A DNA stretch of 64,000 bases from NCBI GenBank assembly GCA_965223705.1, contig OZ245015.1, positions 3,040,001 through 3,104,000 of the forward strand. The letters are read 5' to 3'. How positions within the stretch are numbered: position 1 is the first letter of the stretch; the number at the start of each line of letters is the position of its first letter. Position numbers and translations under genes: made by a program. This document shows, one piece after another, positions 36,003 to 44,784 of the stretch. The notes under the pieces are model-generated. The model searched no databases. It was not told the origin of the DNA and worked only from the letters and a program-made list of their open reading frames with translations. This stretch comes from Myxococcota bacterium. GTDB lineage: Bacteria > Myxococcota_A > UBA9160 > UBA6930.

Positions 36003-37190
36003 ATGGATCTGCTCGCCGTGGATGTCGTCCGCGATCCCCACCCTCATTTCCGCCGCCTCCGCGAGCTCGACCCGGTTCACTGGAGCGAGCGGCACCACGC
36101 CTGGATCCTGACCCGATTCGACGACGTGACCGCGGGCTACCGCGACCTCGCACTGTCTTCCGAACACGTCGGCGAACTCTTCTCCGAGGGCGATCCCGAG
36201 GGCCACGCGAGTGTTCTCGCGGGCTGGATGGAGTTTCGGGATCCGCCGGCGCACACGCGACTCCGAAAATTGGTGCAGCGCGCCTTCACGCCGAAGATCG
36301 TTGCAGGGCTCACCCCTCGCATCCATGCGATCGCGGCGGAACTGCTCGATGAGATCGATCCCGGCACGACGAGCGATCTCGTCGAACGCTTCGCGTATCC
36401 ATTGCCCGCCACCGTCATCGCGGAAATGCTCGGCGTTCCGGCACGAGACCGCGACCGATTCCGTGGCTGGTCGAACGAGCTCAAGCATCTCATTTTCGGC
36501 ATCGGCGATGAAAAAGGGCGACGAGCCCGCGCGGAAAAGGGCCTGTCCTCCCTGCGCGCGTATTTCGAAGGGATCCTCGCCGAGCTTCTCGATGAGCCCC
36601 GGGACAACCTGCTCTCAGCGCTCGCCCGAGCGAAAGACGCCGGCGACCAGCTGACCGCAGACGAGGTGATCGGCACGTGCGTGCTGCTGCTCTTCGCCGG
36701 GCACGAGACGACGACGAATCTGATTTCCACGGGAATTCTCCTCTTGGCCGAGCGGCCCGAGGTCGTGCAGTTGATTCGCGAGGACCCGGACGCGATTTCC
36801 CCGGTGATCGAGGAAATCCTGCGTTTCGACGGTCCTCTCAAGCTGATGGTGCGCGTCGCGAAGGAAGATCGAGAACTCCGTGGCAAGACGATCCGAGCCG
36901 GCGACCGGGTATTTCTCGTCCATTCCGCCGCGAACCGCGACCCCGATCGTTTCGCGGACCCCGACCGCTTTGATTGGACACGTCGGGACCGCACCCACGC
37001 CGCCTTCGGGCACGGCATCCATTTCTGCTTGGGCGCGCCTCTGGCGAGGGTCGAGGGGCAAATCGCGCTCGGAGAAGTCTTCCGTCGATATCCCCGACTT
37101 CGCATCGAAACCGACACCCCGACGTGGGAAGCGAGTATTCTTTCCCGCAGCCTGACTTCACTACCGGTTCTCTTGGAGCCCGACGCCTAG
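36003..37190 (+). CDS. Cytochrome P450
   Basis: DPPAHTRLR, AGHETT, EEILR, FGHGIHFCLG heme motif. Confidence 0.95.
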   Translation: MDLLAVDVVRDPHPHFRRLRELDPVHWSERHHAWILTRFDDVTAGYRDLALSSEHVGELFSEGDPEGHASVLAGWMEFRDPPAHTRLRKLVQRAFTPKIVAGLTPRIHAIAAELLDEIDPGTTSDLVERFAYPLPATVIAEMLGVPARDRDRFRGWSNELKHLIFGIGDEKGRRARAEKGLSSLRAYFEGILAELLDEPRDNLLSALARAKDAGDQLTADEVIGTCVLLLFAGHETTTNLISTGILLLAERPEVVQLIREDPDAISPVIEEILRFDGPLKLMVRVAKEDRELRGKTIRAGDRVFLVHSAANRDPDRFADPDRFDWTRRDRTHAAFGHGIHFCLGAPLARVEGQIALGEVFRRYPRLRIETDTPTWEASILSRSLTSLPVLLEPDA

Positions 37191-37972
37191 TGCGCATAGC
37201 GACCTGGAATATCAACGGCCTCCGGGCGCGGATCGATTTCGTCGCGCATTGGCTCGACGAGCGAAAACCCGACCTCGTCGGGCTGCAAGAGCTCAAGCTC
37301 ACGGACGAGCAGTTCCCCCACGATATCTTCGAGGCGCACGGGTACCGCGCCGTGGTCCATGGACAAAAAGCCTGGAACGGCGTCGCGGTACTCGCGCGAG
37401 GGGACGCGGCGCTTCGCGAAGCGGGGCTGCCGGGTCAGGAAGATTTCGGCGCGCGCTTTCTCGCGGTCGAAGCGGGTGGCCTGTCGTTCGCGACGGTCTA
37501 CGCGCCCAACGGGAAAAGCACCAGCCACGCCGATTTCCCGCGGAAGCTCGCATGGTACGAAACCCTCGCCGCGCATCTCGACGCGCACTACGACCCGGCC
37601 GTTCCCTTCGTCCTCTGCGGCGATTTCAACATCTGTCCCGAAGCGAAGGACAGTTGGAACGAAGCCAAGTTTCGCGGCGAGATCTTCCATACCGACGAGG
37701 AGCGCGACCGTTTTGCCGCGCTCCACCGGTGGGGCTTGCGCGATCTCTTCCGAGAACTCCGTCCGGACGACGAGACGTTTTCCTGGTGGGACTATCGCGG
37801 CGGGGCGTTCCACCGGGGGCACGGTCTCCGGATCGACTTCCTGCTCGGTTCGCCACCTGTCGTCGAACGGCTTCGCGGCGTCGAGATCGACCGCGAATAC
37901 CGCAAGAAGAAGGAAGGACTCACCGCCTCGGACCACGCCCCGGTGATGGCCGATTTGGCGGACGCTTCTTGA
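37190..37972 (+). CDS. xth: Exodeoxyribonuclease III
   Basis: IATWNING, LQELK, NGVA, YAPNG, GDFN, FSWWDYR, GLRID, SDHAP; GTG start overlaps the P450 stop. Confidence 0.93.
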   Translation: MRIATWNINGLRARIDFVAHWLDERKPDLVGLQELKLTDEQFPHDIFEAHGYRAVVHGQKAWNGVAVLARGDAALREAGLPGQEDFGARFLAVEAGGLSFATVYAPNGKSTSHADFPRKLAWYETLAAHLDAHYDPAVPFVLCGDFNICPEAKDSWNEAKFRGEIFHTDEERDRFAALHRWGLRDLFRELRPDDETFSWWDYRGGAFHRGHGLRIDFLLGSPPVVERLRGVEIDREYRKKKEGLTASDHAPVMADLADAS

Positions 37973-38011
37973 ACGCTGTCGAGGGGACCCTCGACATTCC
38001 CGAGGTCTATC

Positions 38012-39187
38012 GTGAAACACTCCGAAGGTCGTTTTCTCACCACCCACGTCGGGTCACTCCCCAGGGCGCGCGCCCTCTCCGATATCTTGATCGCTCGGGA
38101 GGCGAAAGAGCCCTACGACGAATCGGAATACCGGCGTCTCTCAGCCGAAGGAATCCGCCACGTCCTCGAGCAGCAGATCGCTTCGGGGATGAGTGTCGTG
38201 AACGACGGCGAGCAGTCCCGGGTCGGGTTTCAGACCTACGTCCCGGAGCGCATGAAGGGCTACGGCGGCGTCACCGAGCGGATGGTCTTTCAGGATTTTT
38301 CCGACTACCCGGACTGGATGGAGATTTTTCAGAAACGCCAGATGAGCTCCTCCAAGGTCTTCGATGCCCCCGCCGCGACGGAAGAAATCGAATACATCGG
38401 CTTCGATGACGCGCGGTTCGAGTTCGATCTCTTCGACGAGTGCTCGAAAGAATTCGAAGGCCGCTTCGAGGAGCGCTTCATGACGGCAGCCTCTCCGGGC
38501 ATCGTGGCGACGACCTGCCAAAACGGCGGAGCCTACGACTCTCACGAGGCGTACGTCCGAGCGATCGCGCGCGAGATGAAGAAGGAATACGACCTGATCC
38601 ACGAGCGGGGCTACCTGCTGCAGCTCGACTGTCCGGATCTCGCCATGGAACGCGGCGGTCTCTTTCAGAAGAACACCGACGCCGAGTTTCTCGATGTGGT
38701 GGCCCTTCACGTCGACGCGATCAATCACGCGGTAGCCGACATACCCGCGGATCGCATTCGACTGCACGTGTGTTGGGGGAATTACGACGGGCCTCACGAT
38801 TGGGACCCGCCCCTGGCAGACCTCCTGCCCATTCTCTACGGAGCGAAGATCGGCGGGCTTTCCCTCGAACTCGCGAACCCCCGCCATCAGCACGAGTACG
38901 CCGCCATCAAGGCGAACCCGCTACCGGACTCCATGGTCTTGCTGCCGGGAGTGCTCGATTCGACCACGAACTACATCGAACACCCACAGATCTGCTGCAA
39001 TCGAATTCTCGAAGCCGTCGAAGCGGTGGGTGACCCTTCGCGGATCCTACCGAGCACAGATTGCGGTTTCGGCACATTCGCCGGCTGGGAGATGGTCGGG
39101 CCAAAGGTCACGTGGGCGAAGTTCCGAACCCTGCGCGAGGGAGCGGATCTCGCGGCCGAAAAGGTCTTTGGAGCGAGTTCCCGATGA
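38012..39187 (+). CDS. Cobalamin-independent methionine synthase II family (single-barrel MetE-like)
   Basis: TTHVGSLPR, NDGE, LQLDCPD, HVCWGN and TDCGF Zn ligands. Confidence 0.88.
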   Translation: MKHSEGRFLTTHVGSLPRARALSDILIAREAKEPYDESEYRRLSAEGIRHVLEQQIASGMSVVNDGEQSRVGFQTYVPERMKGYGGVTERMVFQDFSDYPDWMEIFQKRQMSSSKVFDAPAATEEIEYIGFDDARFEFDLFDECSKEFEGRFEERFMTAASPGIVATTCQNGGAYDSHEAYVRAIAREMKKEYDLIHERGYLLQLDCPDLAMERGGLFQKNTDAEFLDVVALHVDAINHAVADIPADRIRLHVCWGNYDGPHDWDPPLADLLPILYGAKIGGLSLELANPRHQHEYAAIKANPLPDSMVLLPGVLDSTTNYIEHPQICCNRILEAVEAVGDPSRILPSTDCGFGTFAGWEMVGPKVTWAKFRTLREGADLAAEKVFGASSR

Positions 39188-40281
39188 GCCGTACCAAAGC
39201 GCGCTTTGTCGACACGAGTGGCGCCTCGCCGGGTCCGCTCGAGCTCTGGCCCGCGGTGATCATCACCAAGGAAGAGATCGACGCCGAGGCCGAGCGGCTC
39301 GCCTCGCTACCGCGCCCGGCCAATGGCCGGCGCCAGAGCGTGATCGCCCACCCGCTGGCGACGGAACCCGGCTTGGGCCTCGCTCCCGGCATTCGGGTCA
39401 CCTTGGAAGTGCTGCTGCCTGGCGAACGCACCGAACGCATTCGACACAACTCGACGCAAGTGAATTTCTGCATCCGCGGTCGTGGCCACTCCGTCGTCGA
39501 AGGCAAGCGAATCGAGTTCGCGCAGTACGACGTCTGGAACTTCCCGAGTTGGCACACTTATCACCACGTGAACGACAGCGACGACGTTCAGGTGCGCTTC
39601 TCGTACTCGAACGCGGCGCTTCTCGAGAAGATGAACGTGCACGTGGTGGAGGAGGATCCTCCGCCCGTCGCGGCGATAGCGGTCGCGGAGCCTTCGGTTC
39701 GCGATCCCCGCCGCGAGAGCCCCTTCGGCACGTTTCCCCTGGGCGACGACGGCGCCCGGATGATGCCCTACGAGACGCTCATCAACCCTCCGAGCGTCGA
39801 GTCGAAGGCGCTCCACTGGCCTTGGAAGAACTTCAAACGCCACCTCGATGAGCTGACCGCCCTGGGCAAAGACTACGTCGGGCGACGTCTCTACCTCTGC
39901 TACAACCCGCGAACGGCTGGGACCAACGGAACGACGCCGAACTTCTTCGCCACGATCTGCGTGCGCCCCGCCGGTATCGTCGACCGTCCGCACCGCCACG
40001 TCTCCGCGGCGATCAACTACTACTTTGCGGGAAGCGGCCGCAGCACGGTCGAAGGCGAAGTCTTTCGTTGGAAGGCGGGCGACCTCATGTTGTCGGCGCC
40101 GGGTTGGGGCGTCCACAACCACGCTTCGGACGACGAGCCCGTTTACGAGCTCACGGTCCAGGACCAACCGCTACACATCGCAACGGAGTCTCTCCTCTGG
40201 CAGGAAGATCTCAAGAAACCTCTCGCGGTACTGGGCGTCGAAGAAGGCTTCGACACGAACCGCGAGCGCGCCACGGGGTAG
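39184..40281 (+). CDS. Bicupin ring-cleavage dioxygenase (gentisate 1,2-dioxygenase-like)
   Basis: LLPGE..RHN, PSW..HH, LYLCYNP, PHRH..AINY, GDL...PGW.VHNH; ATG overlaps the upstream TGA. Confidence 0.78.
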   Translation: MSRTKARFVDTSGASPGPLELWPAVIITKEEIDAEAERLASLPRPANGRRQSVIAHPLATEPGLGLAPGIRVTLEVLLPGERTERIRHNSTQVNFCIRGRGHSVVEGKRIEFAQYDVWNFPSWHTYHHVNDSDDVQVRFSYSNAALLEKMNVHVVEEDPPPVAAIAVAEPSVRDPRRESPFGTFPLGDDGARMMPYETLINPPSVESKALHWPWKNFKRHLDELTALGKDYVGRRLYLCYNPRTAGTNGTTPNFFATICVRPAGIVDRPHRHVSAAINYYFAGSGRSTVEGEVFRWKAGDLMLSAPGWGVHNHASDDEPVYELTVQDQPLHIATESLLWQEDLKKPLAVLGVEEGFDTNRERATG

Positions 40282-40284
40282 CGG

Positions 40285-41184
40285 ATGATCGAGCTCACAC
40301 CGGGGTTCTTGAAGGGCTCCTACCCTCCGATCGTCACACCCTTCCGAGACGGGGAAGTCGACTTTGACGCGTACGCGCGGCTCGTCGATCACCAAATTCA
40401 GGAGGGCTCCCACGGCATTCTCGTGAACGGCACCACGGCGGAGCCGTCGACGTTGACGGTCGCGGAGCGAAATCAGCTCGTCTCGCTCGCCGTCGACGCC
40501 GCCGCGAAGCGCGTCCCAGTGGTTGCGGCGACCGGTTCGCAGTCCCTCGCGGAGACCCGCGAGTTGACGGACTACGCGGAGCGCGCCGGAGCCGACGCGC
40601 TTCTCGTCGTGACACCTTATTATGTACGCCCGCCCCAGCGCGGTCTCGTAGAGTACTATCTCGATCTCGGCGAGCGAACGTCCCTGCCCTTCATGATCTA
40701 TCACATCCCCGGCCGGACGGCGGTTTCCGTCACCCTCGACTCGTTGCGAGAAATCGCGGACACCGCTGATCACTTCGTCGGAATGAAGCACGCCGTGACG
40801 GACTTGAACCTCGTCACTGACGCGCTTCTCGCATTCGGCGACGAATTTCGCATTTTCGTCGGCCTCGAAGATCTGTCGTTCCCGATGCTCGCCGTCGGTG
40901 CGTGCGGCATGATGAATGCGGTGGGAAACCTCGCTCCGCGCAAGGTCGCCGACCTGTACGAGGCCGTCGCGTCCGGAAAGCTCGATGAAGCGCGCGCTCT
41001 GCATCGCGACCTCTGGGAACTCAATCAGGCCGTCTTCTACGACACGAACCCCATCGCGATGAAGTACATGCTGCGGCGCATGGGACTCCTTCCGCGAAAC
41101 GAGCACCGGCTCCCCATGGTCCCTGCCACAGCGGAGCTCGAAACGCGACTCGATGCCGTACTCGACCGGGCGGGGCTCATCTAG
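40285..41184 (+). CDS. DHDPS/DapA-family aldolase (HpaI-type catabolic aldolase)
   Basis: PIVTPF, NGTTAEPSTLT, VTPYY, IYHIPGRT, VGMKH (Schiff-base Lys), NPIAMK. Confidence 0.88.
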   Translation: MIELTPGFLKGSYPPIVTPFRDGEVDFDAYARLVDHQIQEGSHGILVNGTTAEPSTLTVAERNQLVSLAVDAAAKRVPVVAATGSQSLAETRELTDYAERAGADALLVVTPYYVRPPQRGLVEYYLDLGERTSLPFMIYHIPGRTAVSVTLDSLREIADTADHFVGMKHAVTDLNLVTDALLAFGDEFRIFVGLEDLSFPMLAVGACGMMNAVGNLAPRKVADLYEAVASGKLDEARALHRDLWELNQAVFYDTNPIAMKYMLRRMGLLPRNEHRLPMVPATAELETRLDAVLDRAGLI

Positions 41185-41190
41185 TCCGAG

Positions 41191-41673
41191 CTAAACGGGG
41201 TAGATCAGAGAATTCGGGACGAGCACCGAATCGAAAATGCAGTGCAGACGTCGGAAGCGCAGCGTTTCTCCCGCGCGCTCGATCTCCGCGTCGTAGCGCC
41301 CCACTTGAAGCACGCGCGTCGGCTCGTCAACCAACGTCTCGAACACGCAATAGTTCGCGCCGGCGCGGACGACCGCACCGGGCTCGCCCTCGAGACGGGT
41401 ACCGCTCACCATGTGCCGCACGTAGCGGGGCTCGTACATCATCGTCTCTTCCAATCCCCGCACCCGATCGCGGAGCATGTCTTTGCTCTCGCACCGGATC
41501 GCCGCAAGAGGAAGCCCGCGATCGGCGTTCTCACGGGAGATCACACGGTAGTCGGCGTCGTCCACGAAGTGGTCGAGAAACCCGTCCCAATCGAACGCAT
41601 CGATCGAGGCGGCGTAACCCTCGAAGAGCTCGCTCACCAAAAACCGCAACCAGAGGCGATCCTCTCGTCCCAC
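41191..41673 (-). CDS. Aromatic ring-hydroxylating oxygenase beta subunit (NagH/AndAd-like)
   Basis: YRVISREN..RGLPLA, MLRDRV, RHMVS, GRY, DSVLVPNSLIYPV. Confidence 0.9.
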   Translation of the reverse strand: MGREDRLWLRFLVSELFEGYAASIDAFDWDGFLDHFVDDADYRVISRENADRGLPLAAIRCESKDMLRDRVRGLEETMMYEPRYVRHMVSGTRLEGEPGAVVRAGANYCVFETLVDEPTRVLQVGRYDAEIERAGETLRFRRLHCIFDSVLVPNSLIYPV

Positions 41674-42899
41674 TAATCGAGTTCCATCACGGTTCGGTAG
41701 TGGGCGTAGAACGCGCGGATCGCCGCTTCTGTGACCATGTGATCTTCATCGTGCACATCGCGGCCGCCCATTTCCATCACGGAAGCTCCCTCGGCGTAGG
41801 GATCGAGACCTTCCTGGCTAAACTTCATCACTTCGCTGTCGTCGGCGGATACGAAACCTGACACGCCCATCAGGTTCGCCTGACGAAGACGCCGGGTGGT
41901 CATCTCTTCGCTGTCGTCGGCGTAGCCGAAAAACGTCCAGTGCAGCCGAAACGCACCCGTGCCTTCGGGAACGATGTGACGTAGCGCCAAGGTGTTCGAT
42001 TGCTGCTGCACGATGATGTTCGGCCAGAGTGTCTGCATGACCACGGTCGCGTCGCCGGGAAACTCGCGGACGGGATCGAGGAGGCGATCGTCGTTGAGGA
42101 CGAGATCCGTTCGCAGGTTGCGGATGTCCTCGGTGGCGTCCGTCGCTCTTTGCTCGCCTTTCCGAGAGACCAAGACCGCGTGACGGCCGGTTTCGTCCAT
42201 TTTTACCGCCGAGGGTTGATCGGCGCGAAATAGGCCGAAGCTCACCAGAAAGACGTGGAGGAGGCTCGCGTGGTACGGATCTTTGATGTTCTCGAACATC
42301 AGTTTCCAGTTCGCGGGGATTCGCTGTTTCTGGTAGCCGAGCACCGTCAGGGCCCGCCCGTCAAACACACGGTCGAAGTAGCCCAACATGGATTCCCCGA
42401 GATACGCCTCGAGGGGCTCGACGGACGGATCGAAGCACGCGAACACGACGCCGTGTCGCTCGCTCGTTTGGAGTTTTCGCAGCGTGTGCTGTTCACGCGC
42501 GAACCCGTCGGGCATGCCGCCCTGCCCTTTGACGCCTCGGCGAAAAGGTACGCCGACGAGGCGACCGTCGAGATCGTAAGACCATTGGTGATAGGGGCAG
42601 ACGAACCGCTTCGTGTTGCCGAGTGATTCTCGACAGAACTGCACGCCGCGGTGGGCGCAACGATTCTCGAACACGTGAATCGCGCCCTTCGCGTCTCGAG
42701 TCACGACGACGGGCTTGTCACCGACGAAAGAGCGCTTGAAATCACCCGCGTTGGGCACCTCGGAAGCGAGAGCGACGTAGTTCCAATGCGGGCCGGAAAA
42801 AATGCGCTCCTGCTCGCGCGCGTAGATTTCCTCGTCGGTATAAACCCAGTAGGGGACGCGAGACACACCTTCGTGCGGCCAACGGCGGCGAGAAGTCAT
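41673..42899 (-). CDS. Rieske oxygenase alpha subunit (salicylate 5-hydroxylase NagG-like)
   Basis: WPHEGVSRVPYWVY, NRCAHRG and CPYHQW Rieske motifs, ENIKDPYHASLLH, RRLRQANLMG..GFVSADD. Confidence 0.9.
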   Translation of the reverse strand: MTSRRRWPHEGVSRVPYWVYTDEEIYAREQERIFSGPHWNYVALASEVPNAGDFKRSFVGDKPVVVTRDAKGAIHVFENRCAHRGVQFCRESLGNTKRFVCPYHQWSYDLDGRLVGVPFRRGVKGQGGMPDGFAREQHTLRKLQTSERHGVVFACFDPSVEPLEAYLGESMLGYFDRVFDGRALTVLGYQKQRIPANWKLMFENIKDPYHASLLHVFLVSFGLFRADQPSAVKMDETGRHAVLVSRKGEQRATDATEDIRNLRTDLVLNDDRLLDPVREFPGDATVVMQTLWPNIIVQQQSNTLALRHIVPEGTGAFRLHWTFFGYADDSEEMTTRRLRQANLMGVSGFVSADDSEVMKFSQEGLDPYAEGASVMEMGGRDVHDEDHMVTEAAIRAFYAHYRTVMELD

Positions 42900-42928
42900 T
42901 GCGATATTCTCCCCGGGCAGCGCCGTGA

Positions 42929-43777
42929 ATCAACCCGAGGTCCCGCCTGCCGGTCGTATACAGCCTTCTCCTCGCCCTGGCTTTGGCGGCGAGCGCTCGC
43001 GGCGAGACGGTGCGGTTCGTGCCCGACCCGTCGCGCTCCGAGATCCGGGTGGACGCGACGTCTACGCTCGGTGCGTTCGACGGTCGTGTCGAGAAGTTCG
43101 AGGCATCGTTTCACTTCGATTCCGACTTGCGCGGACGTGCGGCGGGTACGCTGCGCTTCGACTTCGCCGATCTCGACACGGGGATCGATCGCCGCAACGC
43201 CCACATGCTCCGTTGGATCGACTATCCGAACCACCCCGAGGCTGTGTTTCAGTTGAACGAACTCGAGGGCACTCCGGGTTCGCTGCTCGCGTCGGGATCC
43301 CTCGAGGTCGCAGGTGTTTTGCGCCCGGTGCGCGTTCCGGTAGCGATCTCTTTGAGCGAGGCCGTCGGGACCGTCGACGCGCGAGTCGCCGTCGACTACC
43401 GGGATTGGGGGCTCGAGATCATCCGCCTGCTAGGCGTTCTGACGGTGAAGCCGCAATTCGAGATTGCGGTTCGCCTGATCGGCCCGCTTCAGCCGCCCGA
43501 TTCACCCAGCGACTCGATCTCTTCCCGCGAAAGTCCCGCTTCGCGCAGGACTTCTTCGGTGTGCTGCCCGAGCGCTGGAACAGGCCCCGTGTGGGTCAAC
43601 GGATCGCCGCGGAACGTCACCGGCGACGCCACGGCGGTCATCGTGTCCTCGACTTCACCCGCCGGGATCTCGATAAAGCCGCCGGCGGCGTGGAGCTGCT
43701 GGTCTTCGACGACTTCGGCGAGACTTTGCGCCGGCGCCCACCAGACGTCCTCCTCGTCGAAGCGATCCGCCCAATAA
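42929..43777 (+). CDS. YceI-family periplasmic lipid/polyisoprenoid-binding protein; start and stop both anomalous
   Basis: DPSRSEIRV, FDG, LDTGIDRRNAHM, YPNHPEAVF, GSLEVAGV, VDYRDWGL. An upstream in-frame signal peptide begins at ATC 42929. The C-terminus extends antisense into the next gene. Confidence 0.72.
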   Translation: MNPRSRLPVVYSLLLALALAASARGETVRFVPDPSRSEIRVDATSTLGAFDGRVEKFEASFHFDSDLRGRAAGTLRFDFADLDTGIDRRNAHMLRWIDYPNHPEAVFQLNELEGTPGSLLASGSLEVAGVLRPVRVPVAISLSEAVGTVDARVAVDYRDWGLEIIRLLGVLTVKPQFEIAVRLIGPLQPPDSPSDSISSRESPASRRTSSVCCPSAGTGPVWVNGSPRNVTGDATAVIVSSTSPAGISIKPPAAWSCWSSTTSARLCAGAHQTSSSSKRSAQ

Positions 43778-44700
43778 TCGCGCGGCTTGGTCTTGAACGT
43801 CCGGTCGAACTCCGCCACCAGGGCTTCGCTGTGGCGTTTGCGTGACTTCGCGTCCTTGAAGCGCTCGTCTTCCGCGAGTTCCTCGCGACCGATGGCGCGC
43901 AAGACGCCCGGGAAGTGACGGTCCGCTTCGAGGCCGATCAACCACAGCCACTTGCCGTCGCCGGCTTCGTAGCAATTGACGAGGGCCAACGGATTCTTGT
44001 CGCGCGCCTTGGTCGACTCGATTCGGCCGAACTGGAGCTGAATACCGATGTCGCCTCCGATCGTGTACGCGCCGGCGCGCAAGAGCGACGTCTCGACGAC
44101 GCGCCCTTTCCCTGTTCGGCCGCGCTCGTAGAGAGCGCCGAGAATTCCCGAGACCGTGCTGATTCCGGTGACATGATCCCCCAGGCCGGCGCGTACCCCG
44201 ACCGGAGCCGCGTCCTTCGCGACGAGGTGTCGGGCGATGCCGCCGCGCGCCCAGAATGCACCGATGTCATAGCCCGGCCGATGCGCCTCGGGTCCGTCGA
44301 GGCCGTACCCGGTCACCGTGGCGTAGATGATCTTGGGGAAGCGCTCCGTGACCTGGTCGGGATGCATGCCGAGTTTTTCGAGTGCCGCGGGTCGCATGTT
44401 TGTGAGAAATACATCGGCGCCCTCGAGGAGGCGGTCCATCGCCGCGCGGCCATCTTCCCGCCGAAGGTCGAGCACGACGCTGCGCTTGCCGCGATTGTCG
44501 ATCGCAAACGCCGGGTTCGGCATGTCTTCGCGATAGCCGATGGACTTGAACAAATTGCGTTGCGGGTCGCCCACGGGAGGCTCGACCTTCACCACGTCGG
44601 CTCCCCAATCCGCCATGATGCCGCCTGCCGAAGGGCCGGCGACCCAGACCGTCATCTCGACGACGCGTAACCCGGACAACACCGGAACCGGTGAACTCAT
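43489..44700 (-). CDS. Class III CoA transferase (CaiB/BaiF family)
   Basis: LSGLRVVE, AGP, GADVVKVE, NRGKRSVVLDL, GYG, PALGQHT. Confidence 0.92.
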   Translation of the reverse strand: MSSPVPVLSGLRVVEMTVWVAGPSAGGIMADWGADVVKVEPPVGDPQRNLFKSIGYREDMPNPAFAIDNRGKRSVVLDLRREDGRAAMDRLLEGADVFLTNMRPAALEKLGMHPDQVTERFPKIIYATVTGYGLDGPEAHRPGYDIGAFWARGGIARHLVAKDAAPVGVRAGLGDHVTGISTVSGILGALYERGRTGKGRVVETSLLRAGAYTIGGDIGIQLQFGRIESTKARDKNPLALVNCYEAGDGKWLWLIGLEADRHFPGVLRAIGREELAEDERFKDAKSRKRHSEALVAEFDRTFKTKPRDYWADRFDEEDVWWAPAQSLAEVVEDQQLHAAGGFIEIPAGEVEDTMTAVASPVTFRGDPLTHTGPVPALGQHTEEVLREAGLSREEIESLGESGG

Positions 44701-44784
44701 GCGGAGAACCTCCTAGGGAACGCGGCAGCGCGTTCGGGCCCATTGTACGCGCGCGGCGCCCGCTGGGAAAGCGACGACGCCTTC

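Noticed and set aside
40285..41184. Housekeeping dapA
   Set aside because: The GTTAEPSTLT variant and the position next to a ring-cleavage cupin and a Rieske oxygenase favour a catabolic aldolase. Not fully excluded, so no gene symbol is given.
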